The notes beneath the pieces are model-generated. The model made no database searches. It had not been told where the DNA came from and saw only the letters and a list, made by a program, of their open reading frames with translations. A stretch of 64,000 nt of DNA, from positions 36,127-100,126 of the forward strand of contig JAGASR010000012.1 in assembly GCA_017621705.1 (NCBI GenBank). Direction: 5' to 3'. Origin of the DNA: Clostridia bacterium (lineage in GTDB: Bacteria > Bacillota > Clostridia > Oscillospirales > UBA644). A program made the position numbers and the translations under genes. Shown here piece after piece: positions 37,483 through 46,406 of this stretch; positions within the stretch are counted from its first letter, which is position 1; the number at the start of each line of letters is the position of its first letter.

Positions 37483-38019
37483 ATGGAACTCAAAGGTAGC
37501 CAGACCGAAAAAAATCTCGAAACCGCTTTTGCGGGTGAATCTCAGGCAAGCATAAAATACATGTATTACTCATCTCAGGCAAAAAAAGACGGATACGTTC
37601 AAATCTCAAACATTTTTGCTGAGACTGCTGGCAACGAAAAAGAGCACGCAAAGCTCTGGTATAAACTTCTTCACGGCGGCATCGCTTCAACCGACAAGAA
37701 TCTTATAAATGCGGCTGAAGGCGAAAATTACGAATGGACCGAAATGTATGCGGAATTCGCAAAAACCGCTAAAGAAGAAGGTTTTGACGATATCGCAATC
37801 ATGTTCGAAGGCGTTGCGGCAGTTGAAAAAGAGCACGAAGAAAGATACCTCAAGCTCCTCAAAAATATTCAGGACGGCAAGGTATTCAAAAAAGATGCTC
37901 CGACCCTCTGGAAATGCGCAAACTGCGGTCATATCCATTCGGGCGACGACGCTCCCCTGCTCTGCCCCGTCTGCAAGCATCCCCAGGCTTATTTCGAAGT
38001 AAAAGCCGAAAACTATTAA
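37483..38019 (+). CDS. rbr: Rubrerythrin
   Basis: [28 protein letters not shown] and EKEHEERY; C-terminal CANCG/CPVC rubredoxin domain. Confidence 0.96.
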   Translation: MELKGSQTEKNLETAFAGESQASIKYMYYSSQAKKDGYVQISNIFAETAGNEKEHAKLWYKLLHGGIASTDKNLINAAEGENYEWTEMYAEFAKTAKEEGFDDIAIMFEGVAAVEKEHEERYLKLLKNIQDGKVFKKDAPTLWKCANCGHIHSGDDAPLLCPVCKHPQAYFEVKAENY

Positions 38020-38089
38020 AAACAATGAATAATTGAAAGTGCCTCCGGTAAAAATATCTTCAAAAGAGATATATAACCGGAGGTATTTT

Positions 38090-39484
38090 ATGTATATAAA
38101 GAAAAATGTGTTGACGGTTTTGCTGTGCTTTATGGGTGCGGCGGTCATCGTGGCGCTCGGTGCGATCGTAAAAGCAAATATAGGAACGGCGGACATAAAG
38201 CAGATCGCGGCATATTCGTATCAACAAAGCTTTGCGGAGCTTGCGGAAGAGCTTGACGGAATAAGCGACGATCTGCAGAAGAGCATGTATGCGTCGTCTC
38301 CGTATCAGGCGATGAACCTTGCGGCATCGGTCTGGAAGCGCACAGGCGCTGCAAAAACGAGCCTTGAAGAGCTGCCGACGAACAAGCTGAATCTACAACA
38401 GATCCCGAAATTTTTAAATCAGTCGGGCGAATATATCCTTTCGCTCGCGAAAGAACTCATGAACGGCAGGGAGCTTGACGACGGCGACAGATCAACCGTC
38501 AAAGCATTATACGAGCAAGCAAGATCACTTTCTCAGCAGATGACGGAACTGCAATACAGAGTAAACTCCGAAAATCTTAAATACGACGATCTTCTCGACT
38601 TTATTTCACTCGATGACAGACAGAACACGAACGGAAATTCTGACATAACAGCATCGACGGACGGAGAAAACGAGACGTTTGTGAGCGAAAATCCGTTAAT
38701 CAATATGGAAAACGGGCTTGATTTTCCCGAGCTTAACTATGACGGGCTTTATTCGAGCCATTTGAAGAACAAACGGAGCGTTTTTCTTGCGGACAAGGAC
38801 CCAATAACCGATGAAGAGGCGAAAAACCGCGCGGCGTATATTTTAAACTGCAATCTTTCGGACCTTACGCAGGGCGAGGATCTGACGGTCGGAGATGTTA
38901 AATGCGTGACTTTTGACGGCAAAAACAAATATATTGCGGTGACGATGCGGCAAGGATATCCGTACTTTTTCTCGAAAACGAGGGAGATCTCCGATGCGGA
39001 GATAAGCGATGAAGAGGCTATCAAAAAGGGTAAAGAATTTCTTTCGAAGCTTTCGTTTGCGAATATGGAGTGCGTTTTTTACCGTGAGGACGGCAATATT
39101 CTGACGGCAGAGTACGTTTTCGTCAAAAACGACGTTTTCTGCTACCCCGATAAGATCACGCTCTCGATCGCACTCGATAACGGTCAGATCGTCGGCATGG
39201 ATGCGAGCGAATATATCATGGCACACAGCGCAAAAAGAACGCTCGTTCCATCTCTGACCGAGGAGGCGGCGGCCAAAAAAGTTACTGCGATAAGCCCCGA
39301 AGAAAGCAGACTTTGCCTTATTTCGACGAACGGAGTTGAAGAACACGAGAAGCTCTGCTACGAATTTTCAGGCAAAGACAACGCAGGCGAAGCGACGGTG
39401 TTCGTTTATATCAATGCGCTGACGGGTGTTGAGGAAGATATAAGCATAATGTATGACACCGAAGAAGGCAACGTGCGAAGATAA
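38090..39484 (+). CDS. ypeB: Spore germination protein YpeB (PepSY domains)
   Basis: TM anchor; YQQSFAEL, FLNQSGEY, LNYDGLYSSH, YPDKITLSIALDNG and VYINALTGVEE. Confidence 0.85.
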   Translation: MYIKKNVLTVLLCFMGAAVIVALGAIVKANIGTADIKQIAAYSYQQSFAELAEELDGISDDLQKSMYASSPYQAMNLAASVWKRTGAAKTSLEELPTNKLNLQQIPKFLNQSGEYILSLAKELMNGRELDDGDRSTVKALYEQARSLSQQMTELQYRVNSENLKYDDLLDFISLDDRQNTNGNSDITASTDGENETFVSENPLINMENGLDFPELNYDGLYSSHLKNKRSVFLADKDPITDEEAKNRAAYILNCNLSDLTQGEDLTVGDVKCVTFDGKNKYIAVTMRQGYPYFFSKTREISDAEISDEEAIKKGKEFLSKLSFANMECVFYREDGNILTAEYVFVKNDVFCYPDKITLSIALDNGQIVGMDASEYIMAHSAKRTLVPSLTEEAAAKKVTAISPEESRLCLISTNGVEEHEKLCYEFSGKDNAGEATVFVYINALTGVEEDISIMYDTEEGNVRR

Positions 39485-39553
39485 AAAACAATATGACCGA
39501 GCGGCAAACGCTGTTCGGTCACAATTATTTCAGATTTGATTGCCACTCAATTC

Positions 39554-39582
39554 TTGACAAACCGCCCGGTTTGATGTATAAT
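39554..39582 (+). promoter_or_regulatory. sigma-A promoter TTGACA-N17-TATAAT for the tRNA
   Basis: Perfect consensus. Confidence 0.85.
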
Positions 39583-39630
39583 AATAAACGATTTCGGAAG
39601 GAAGACTTGGAAGAAACACGAAGTGTTTAC

Positions 39631-39728
39631 TTCAAAGAACCGACGAGCTTTGCGAGGAGGTTCTAAAGAACCGACGAACTTGTGAGGACGTTCTATAGAA
39701 CCGGAAAGTTTATTTATAGGTTCTATAT
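39631..39728. repeat. About 3.3 tandem 30-nt units in the tRNA leader, each with a GGTTCTAWAGAACC-like palindrome
   Basis: Units start at 39631, 39661, 39691 and 39721 (TTC-AAAGAACC, TTCTAAAGAACC, TTCTATAGAACC, TTCTATAT). Confidence 0.85.
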
Positions 39729-39816
39729 GCAGGAATATCGAAGCGGTCATAACGAGGCGGTCTTGAAAACCGTTAGGCCAAAAGCCACGGGGGTTCGAAT
39801 CCCTCTTCCTGCGCCA
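39729..39816 (+). tRNA. tRNA-Ser (anticodon TGA)
   Basis: Acceptor stem GCAGGAA/TTCCTGC; anticodon arm GCGGT-CTTGAAA-ACCGT; long variable arm; GGTTCGAATCC; encoded CCA. Confidence 0.95.
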
Positions 39817-39823
39817 ATAAAAT

Positions 39824-39860
39824 AAAAGGGTATTGTGGTGAGCAATATCCTTTTATTTTT
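39824..39860 (+). terminator. Terminator after the tRNA
   Basis: AAAAGGGTATTG...CAATATCCTTTT plus a T run. Confidence 0.8.
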
Positions 39861-39865
39861 TTTCA

Positions 39866-39942
39866 AAAAGGGATTCGAAGGGGAGCAGGTACATGAGCCG
39901 CGGAAGAACGAGCGCGCAGTCGCGCGAGACCGAATCCCTTTT
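39866..39942. repeat. 77-bp element bounded by 12-bp inverted repeats
   Basis: AAAAGGGATTCG (39866-39877) and CGAATCCCTTTT (39931-39942). Confidence 0.65.
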
Positions 39943-40125
39943 CAGTTATATTCGCCTTACGGCGAGTGATATGCAGGTGCGTGATATTTGCTTCGCAAGT
40001 GATATACCTGCGGGCGTTAGAAGCGAATATAATATCACTAAAGCCGAAGGCTTCAATATCACTTTTTACGTTAGCAAAATATATCACTCCGTCGAAGACG
40101 GAATATCACTGAAAACAAGTGATTT
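39943..40125. repeat. Composite palindromic REP/REPIN-like intergenic repeat
   Basis: Three GTGATAT units followed by four ATATCAC units, separated by small GC hairpins; a partial copy sits at 5369-5389. Confidence 0.7.
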
Positions 40126-40302
40126 TACAGAAGTTCAAATCATAAGTAAAACTGCCTAAAATATCCTTTATGCCCTCCTTTTGAGGATGAAAATCTGCTG
40201 ATTTTTTATATTCTTCATTATCAATTTTTCAAGTAATACCGTCAAAGAAAAAAATTTCATCCACCTTTTTTTGACAAAAGAACAAAAAAATAAAAAAACC
40301 TC

Positions 40303-40333
40303 TTGACATTGACATCGCGTCATACCGTATAAT
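40303..40333 (+). promoter_or_regulatory. MerR-type promoter with a 19-bp spacer and internal dyad
   Basis: TTGACA 40303-40308, TATAAT 40328-40333; TGAC-ATCGC-GTCA in the spacer. Confidence 0.75.
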
Positions 40334-40362
40334 AAGGGCATCAAATAAAAAGGAGATCAAAA

Positions 40363-41328
40363 ATGGAATTGCAGTCAATAAGCAAAGTTTCAAAGAAATA
40401 CAATATTTCGGCAAGGACTCTCCGTTATTACGAACAGCTCGGGCTGATCTGCCCTGTACGCGATGAAGAAAACTCATACAGGATCTACGACGAAGAAACG
40501 CTCCGGACACTTCAGCAGATAATAATCTTACGTAAACTCCGTATTCCTCTCAAACAAATCGCAGATATATTAAAAAGCGACAGCGCGAAAACTGCGATAG
40601 ATATTTTTGAAGAAAACCTCGTTGAAATAGATGGGGAAATAACGGCGCTTTCGACGATCAGAAGCATTATAAAATCTTTTCTAAGTAAACTGCAGATCGA
40701 CGATACAAAATTCATGCTACCCGATGACGAAAATCTGATGGACATTGTTGATTCACTCACCGTAACAAAAATCAACTTTAAAGAAGAAAAAAATCTTGAA
40801 GAGCTAAACCGTGCAAGCGAAAAAGTCAATAAACTCACCGACAGAGATATCCGAATTCTGTATCTGCCGCCTGCGACGGTTGCGAGCGTGACTGCTGTTT
40901 GCGACAATCCGGAAGAATACACGGGCGGAGTGATCGACCGTTGGGCGGAAAGCGTTAATTTATTTGACGCATACCCTGCCGCCAGACATTACGGCTCGAA
41001 TGCGGACGATGAAAACGGCAACCACGGCTACGAACGGTGGGTAACTGTTCCCGACGATATGGAGATAGCAGAACCGTTAACGAAAAAATATTTCGAAGGC
41101 GGTCTTTATGCGGCGCACACGATAACTATGGGCAATTTCGAAGAGTGGGAGTGGCTCGTCAGATGGGTAGCAGAAAGTGACAAATACGAAATGAATCTTT
41201 CAGACCGAAACGGCTGCAGTTGCGGACTTCTGGAAGAGCATCTGAATTACGTTTACTATTATAATTCCCCCGACAGAAACGACGAAACTTCGCAACTTGA
41301 TCTGCTAATAGCGATCAAAGAAAAATAA
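40363..41328 (+). CDS. MerR-family regulator with a GyrI-like effector domain
   Basis: ISARTLRYYEQLGLI, YRIYD; C-terminal GYERWVTVP and EGGLYAAH. Confidence 0.9.
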   Translation: MELQSISKVSKKYNISARTLRYYEQLGLICPVRDEENSYRIYDEETLRTLQQIIILRKLRIPLKQIADILKSDSAKTAIDIFEENLVEIDGEITALSTIRSIIKSFLSKLQIDDTKFMLPDDENLMDIVDSLTVTKINFKEEKNLEELNRASEKVNKLTDRDIRILYLPPATVASVTAVCDNPEEYTGGVIDRWAESVNLFDAYPAARHYGSNADDENGNHGYERWVTVPDDMEIAEPLTKKYFEGGLYAAHTITMGNFEEWEWLVRWVAESDKYEMNLSDRNGCSCGLLEEHLNYVYYYNSPDRNDETSQLDLLIAIKEK

Positions 41329-41351
41329 TCAGTTCACAAGGAGCTTTCAAA

Positions 41352-42077
41352 ATGAAAATACTCTCGATCGGCAACAGTTTTTCGCAGGATGCGCATAAAT
41401 GGCTTAACAAGTTGGCTAAAGTCAACGGTGTTTGTATGGAAACAACGAACCTTTATATCGGCGGCTGCAGTCTTGAGACGCACTGGACGAATGTTGAACA
41501 AAACAACGAATTTTACGATCTTGAACGAAACGGCGGCGGCTCGGAGCGTAAGATCGGCATAGCGGAAGCACTGAAAATGGACGACTGGGACGTTATCACC
41601 GTTCAGCAGGTAAGCGGATTTAGCGGACTTGAAGAGACGTACGAGCCGTATATTTCAAAGCTTGTCGAGGTTGTAAGAAACGCCGTTCCGAACGCAAAAC
41701 TGTATTTTCATCAGACGTGGGCTTATGAGGCCGATTCTTCTCACGGCGATTTTGCAAGGTACAATAACGATCAGGATCAAATGTACGACTGCATTATAAG
41801 AGTTACGGAAAAGATGGCAAAGAAAATAAACGCCGAATTGATCCCTGTCGGCACGATAATTCAGTATCTGCGCAGAAATATTGCGGAATTCGACTATAAA
41901 AACGGTGGACTTTCACTTTGCCGAGACGGTTTTCATCTTTCTTTGGATTACGGTCGGTTTGCCGCCGCGGCAACTTGGTTGAGAACAATAACGGGCATCG
42001 ACGTTTCCGCAACAGAGTTTGAAAATTTCGATACCGAGATATTAAAGAAGATCGTAGCGGTTGTAAATGAGATATAA
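41352..42077 (+). CDS. SGNH-hydrolase-like protein (DUF4886-like)
   Basis: ILSIGNSFSQDA, NLYIGGCSL, WDVITVQQVS, FHQTWAYE and RDGFHLS. Confidence 0.8.
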   Translation: MKILSIGNSFSQDAHKWLNKLAKVNGVCMETTNLYIGGCSLETHWTNVEQNNEFYDLERNGGGSERKIGIAEALKMDDWDVITVQQVSGFSGLEETYEPYISKLVEVVRNAVPNAKLYFHQTWAYEADSSHGDFARYNNDQDQMYDCIIRVTEKMAKKINAELIPVGTIIQYLRRNIAEFDYKNGGLSLCRDGFHLSLDYGRFAAAATWLRTITGIDVSATEFENFDTEILKKIVAVVNEI

Positions 42078-42082
42078 AGATA

Positions 42083-42113
42083 AACGGATACCTTGGTGGT
42101 ATCCGTTGTTTTG
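42083..42113. terminator. Terminator between convergent genes
   Basis: AACGGATACC-5 nt-GGTATCCGTT. Confidence 0.8.
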
Positions 42114-42116
42114 TAA

Positions 42117-43178
42117 TCAAATAAATAATGCTTTAAATTCTTCGAGGTCACGGATGGGGTCGAAAAGGCTTTGAGATGCGGACTGTTTAACATAGTCAAC
42201 CATAGTCCAATCATCGTCAGGTCTATCATTACTGTGATCTTCTACATAGCCACGCAATATCGGGCAAGTATATTCTTCCTTACCGCCGGCACTCATTTTG
42301 TCATACTCCTCGGCGTGATGCAATGCCGTAATAAGCGCTTTCCCCGCGCCGTCCGCATCACCGTTCCGCATGGCTATCTTTGCGCGTTCTTCATATATAA
42401 GAGACAGCGAAATATGAAAATGCTGATAATTTCCGTCCGAAATTACGGTTTTAATGATCGTTTCCTCCACGTTCAATGCTTCAATGCGAAGTGTTGGAAC
42501 ATAAAACCTTAGATTAGACAACGCAGAACCCAGTTTGAGCAACGTTTTCTTTACCCTTTTTCTGCAATGTTCTTCAGCCTCTTCACCAATCAGGCAATTA
42601 GCGAGCAGATCATCTCGACATACTTCGGGGAACATCAGCGCATACTTTTTCGCTTCGTCGTACTGATTTAAAGAAACATGGACAGTGGTAAGCAAAGATA
42701 TCGTACGATTGCGGAGAGATTCTTCCGAGCAGTTTTCCAAAACGAGTTCAAGGTTTTTAACGGATTCTGCAAGTAGTTCTTTTTCGGTATCTGTACCTGC
42801 ATATTTATCGCTGTAACCCACATACCACTCGTTGCTTGCCAACCAATAGAGATACCGATAGTCACCGGGATATTCCGAAACCGCCTGACGCGCGATCTCA
42901 AGATCTTTTTCATGGTCTTTCTTCCAGAACTGAAAATATTCAGAATCGAAGTAAGCCTTACGTTCATCGCATTCACTGGGTTTCATTCCGAGCAATTCAT
43001 CGGTAGAAACATGAAGAAGTCTCGCAAGCGGCACGATCAACGCGAGATCGGGGGCAGTTGTGCCACACTCCCATTTTGACACAGACTGATAAGTGACACC
43101 AAGAAAATCCGCCAGTTTTTCCTGCGTCATATCGTTCTTTTTACGTAATTCCTTAATCCTTTGACCAATGTTATCCAT
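42117..43178 (-). CDS. XRE-family regulator with a TPR-like helical C-terminus
   Basis: MTQEKLADFLGVTYQSVSKWECG followed by helical repeats (LNQYDEAKKYA). Confidence 0.85.
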   Translation of the reverse strand: MDNIGQRIKELRKKNDMTQEKLADFLGVTYQSVSKWECGTTAPDLALIVPLARLLHVSTDELLGMKPSECDERKAYFDSEYFQFWKKDHEKDLEIARQAVSEYPGDYRYLYWLASNEWYVGYSDKYAGTDTEKELLAESVKNLELVLENCSEESLRNRTISLLTTVHVSLNQYDEAKKYALMFPEVCRDDLLANCLIGEEAEEHCRKRVKKTLLKLGSALSNLRFYVPTLRIEALNVEETIIKTVISDGNYQHFHISLSLIYEERAKIAMRNGDADGAGKALITALHHAEEYDKMSAGGKEEYTCPILRGYVEDHSNDRPDDDWTMVDYVKQSASQSLFDPIRDLEEFKALFI

Positions 43179-43489
43179 AGTGATACCCCACTTTCAAAAT
43201 AGTAAGCCGAGCCCTGCTTGCGGATATAGTATAACATATATTTCAGCAATGTTCAATAACGCAGTTTCTTAGCAAAACTCACCTGACACGCGAGTTGAAA
43301 TACAAACTGACTTACCGGATATTTTATGCCATGTTCAGCGCACGGAAAAGATGAGAAATAAGAACCTTTTAACTCAAAAATGAAAAGTAAAAGCCCATCA
43401 TATATTGACAAAACCTCAATTTTGTACTAAAATAAAAAATTGGGGAAGTACAGGAACGTTAAAAAAATGCGATGAAAGAAGAGGTAATT

Positions 43490-44623
43490 ATGGAACTTGA
43501 TCAGAAAATTCTTGAATATACAGACACTTTAAAAGATGAGCAGTTGGATCTGCTTTTAACATTGGCTCAGATCCCTGCGCCGTCCGGAAACGAAGAAAAA
43601 CGCGCAGAATTCTGCAAAAACTGGCTTGAAGATAACGGTGCGGAGGGCGTTTATATCGACGATGCGTTAAACGTAATCTACCCTGTCGGGGTGACGGACG
43701 ATAAGCCGCTCGTCGTTTTTGCGGCGCACAGCGACGTTGTTTTTCCCGATACGGATACATTGCCGCTCGAAATAAAAGACGGTAAAGTTTTCTGCCCAGG
43801 AGTCGGAGACGATACGGCGAGTGTCTCGGCGCTTCTGCTTGCGGCGAGATATGTCGCGCAGAAAAAGCTGATATCTGATGAATACGGCATACTTTTCGTC
43901 GTAAACTCCTGCGAAGAGGGGCTCGGCAACCTGAAAGGCACAAGAAAACTTTTTGGGGATTACGGAGAGCGTATTAAAGAATTCGTGACTTTCGACAGCC
44001 ATAACTGCCATGCGGTGACGGAGGCGGTCGGCTCGAAGCGCTTCAAGATAGAGATCGACACAGAGGGCGGCCATTCCTACGGTGCATTCGGAAACAGAAA
44101 TGCGATCGCATACCTTGCATCTCTTATCGATACGCTCTACACGGTCAAAGTCCCCGAAAAAGGCAGGACGACTTATAACGTCGGAACAATTTCGGGCGGC
44201 ACTTCCGTCAATACGATCGCACAGCACGCGGAAATGCTTTATGAATTCCGCTCGAACTGCCGTGAATCGATGGATATTATGCAAAAGCACCTCGATGCGG
44301 CGATAGAATTTTACCGTGCAAAGGGTGTTGCGGTTACGGTTACGCCTGTCGGCGACAGACCCTGCCAGGGAGACGTTGACGAAGATGGCATGAAGAAGCT
44401 TATGGACCGCGCGGCAGAGGCGACAAGACGTTATTTTGACCGTGAGATCCGCTTTTCGAACGGCTCGACAGACTGCAACATTCCGCTTTCGATGGGAATA
44501 CCTGCGATCTGCGTGGGTTGTTATGACGGCGCAGGGGCGCACACAAGGGAAGAATATATTGTCATTGACAGTCTTCCCGCGGGGCTGAAATTTGCGTTCG
44601 ATATGATGCTTTTTCATTTTTAA
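43490..44623 (+). CDS. M20/M25/M40 family metallohydrolase
   Basis: AAHSDVVF, GVGDDTAS, NSCEEGLGNL, EGGHSYG and AHTREE. Confidence 0.9.
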   Translation: MELDQKILEYTDTLKDEQLDLLLTLAQIPAPSGNEEKRAEFCKNWLEDNGAEGVYIDDALNVIYPVGVTDDKPLVVFAAHSDVVFPDTDTLPLEIKDGKVFCPGVGDDTASVSALLLAARYVAQKKLISDEYGILFVVNSCEEGLGNLKGTRKLFGDYGERIKEFVTFDSHNCHAVTEAVGSKRFKIEIDTEGGHSYGAFGNRNAIAYLASLIDTLYTVKVPEKGRTTYNVGTISGGTSVNTIAQHAEMLYEFRSNCRESMDIMQKHLDAAIEFYRAKGVAVTVTPVGDRPCQGDVDEDGMKKLMDRAAEATRRYFDREIRFSNGSTDCNIPLSMGIPAICVGCYDGAGAHTREEYIVIDSLPAGLKFAFDMMLFHF

Positions 44624-44717
44624 CGGATGAATTCACAATTTGTTTATTCCGCAAGCATTGAAATTTCAAGTTTTTTGTGCTATACTCAATTAAAATAACG
44701 GTAAAGGAGCGGTCGGA

Positions 44718-45482
44718 ATGGTAATAACGGTAGACATCGGAAACACGAACATAACGTTCGGCGGTTTTGACGGGGATGAGCTTGTTTTCGTTTCGAGAAT
44801 ATCGACACGTCAGCCGATGACCGAAGACGAATTTGCCGCAAGGATCATCGAATCGCTCTCGCTTCACGGAATTGACCGAGAAAAAGCGACAGGAACAATC
44901 GTTGCATCGGTCGTGCCACCGTTAAATAATGCGCTGAAAAAGGCGATATTATTCATTTTCAAAAAGGAACCGATATTTGTCGGCCCCGGCATAAAAAGCG
45001 GCATCGGAATCCAGTGCGATATGCCCTCGTCGGTCGGCGCGGATCTGATCGCGGCATCGGTTGCGGCGCATTTCATCTACGGCAGTCCGTCGCTGATAAT
45101 AGATATCGGCACGGCGACGAAAATGACCGTCGTAAACAAAAAAGGCGCATTTATCGGGACATCGATCATCCCTGGAGTTATGATGGGGCTGAACGCGCTT
45201 TCAGACGGTACGGCGCAGCTTCCGAAGATCAGCCTTGAAGTTCCCGACAGCGTTATCGCAAAAAATACGTCGGACTGCATGAGATCGGGCGTACTTTTCG
45301 GGAACGCGAGCATGATAGACGGAATGATCGACCGAATAAACGAAGAATTCGGCGAAGAGCTGAACGTTTACGCAACGGGCGGCATGGCAGGCACGATAAT
45401 TCCGCTTTGCAAACACAGTATCGTGCTCGACGAATACCTCGTTTTAAAGGGACTTAATATTCTTTACCGAAAAAACAGTTAG
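44718..45482 (+). CDS. coaX: Type III pantothenate kinase
   Basis: VDIGNTN, SVVPP, VGADLIA, IDIGTATK and YATGG. Confidence 0.93.
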   Translation: MVITVDIGNTNITFGGFDGDELVFVSRISTRQPMTEDEFAARIIESLSLHGIDREKATGTIVASVVPPLNNALKKAILFIFKKEPIFVGPGIKSGIGIQCDMPSSVGADLIAASVAAHFIYGSPSLIIDIGTATKMTVVNKKGAFIGTSIIPGVMMGLNALSDGTAQLPKISLEVPDSVIAKNTSDCMRSGVLFGNASMIDGMIDRINEEFGEELNVYATGGMAGTIIPLCKHSIVLDEYLVLKGLNILYRKNS

Positions 45483-45561
45483 TATATTGCCGCGAAAGCG
45501 GTTGATATAAATTTATTTGCGTTGTACCGCAAAAGCGGACGACAGCAAGGAGGAAAATTTT

Positions 45562-46149
45562 ATGCAAACAACAACAAAGGCCGGCACGCAGGCTCAAAGA
45601 ATCGCTCTTATGGCACTGCTCACAGCGCTGGTCGCAGTCCTCTCCTATTTCGGAGGCTTCATCAAAATCGGCGGTTTCGCGTCTATTTCGTTGACGCTCA
45701 TCCCCGTAGTTCTCGGCGCGGCTCTTCTCGGCCCGCTCGCAGGCGCATGGCTCGGCGCAGTTTCGGGCATCGTATTTTTTGCAACGGCAGACGCAATGTT
45801 CTGGTTCGGTCTCAGCCTTCCGGGAACGATAATCACCGTAATGATCAAAGGCATCATGGCAGGCCTCTGCGCAGGTCTCGTCTACAAACTGCTTGAAAAA
45901 GTCAATCGTTATCTTGCGGTAATCGTAAGCGCGATCGTGTGCCCCGTTGTAAACACAGGTCTGTTTATTCTCGGCTGTTTCATCTTTTTTATGGATACGG
46001 TCAAAGGCGGTGCCGCGGCTGAAGGATTATCCGTGGCGGCATACATCATCGTTTTCTACGTAGGAATGAATTTCGTATTTGAACTTATCGCAAACATCAT
46101 CCTCAGCCCGTCTATTTACAGACTTATCGAATTCAGAAAGAAAAAATAA
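45562..46149 (+). CDS. ECF transporter S component (probable pantothenate, PanT-like)
   Basis: Six hydrophobic helices; SLTLIPVVLGA and VNTGLF; immediately downstream of coaX. Confidence 0.8.
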   Translation: MQTTTKAGTQAQRIALMALLTALVAVLSYFGGFIKIGGFASISLTLIPVVLGAALLGPLAGAWLGAVSGIVFFATADAMFWFGLSLPGTIITVMIKGIMAGLCAGLVYKLLEKVNRYLAVIVSAIVCPVVNTGLFILGCFIFFMDTVKGGAAAEGLSVAAYIIVFYVGMNFVFELIANIILSPSIYRLIEFRKKK

Positions 46150-46153
46150 AGCT

Positions 46154-46183
46154 AAAGGAGTACGGTTTTCGTACTCCTTTTTA
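46154..46183. terminator. Bidirectional terminator
   Basis: AAAGGAGTACG-GTTTT-CGTACTCCTTT. Confidence 0.85.
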
Positions 46184-46193
46184 AATAACTGTT

Positions 46194-46406
46194 TTATTCG
46201 TTTTTTCGAAACATTTCATCTATTGAAACACCGATAATATCGGAAATATCGCGTAGCAGGAAAATATCGGGATAACAAAGTTTTCTTTCCCATTTTGACA
46301 CAGCATAAGCACTTACCCCCAAAAGAGAACCGAACTCTCCTTGAGATAATCCTCGTTCTTTGCGATAATTCAATATATATTCGCCTATACGTATTGTATT
46401 ATTCAT
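46194..46406 (-). CDS. Small XRE-family HTH protein
   Basis: GLSQGEFGSLLGVSAYAVSKWERKLCYPD; ATGA overlap with the upstream gene. Confidence 0.8.
   Translation of the reverse strand: MNNTIRIGEYILNYRKERGLSQGEFGSLLGVSAYAVSKWERKLCYPDIFLLRDISDIIGVSIDEMFRKNE

Noticed and set aside
39660-39703. LexA (GAAC-N4-GTTC) boxes
   Set aside because: The half-sites are in the opposite order (GTTC-N4-GAAC).
39631-39728. CRISPR array
   Set aside because: The 30-nt period leaves only 16-nt spacers, two of which are similar. Repeats are about 14 nt and there are no cas genes in the window. Reported as a tandem repeat instead.
39893-40159. ORFs 39893-40159 (+) and 39863-40087 (-)
   Set aside because: They are translations of the palindromic repeat element, with no RBS or protein-like features.
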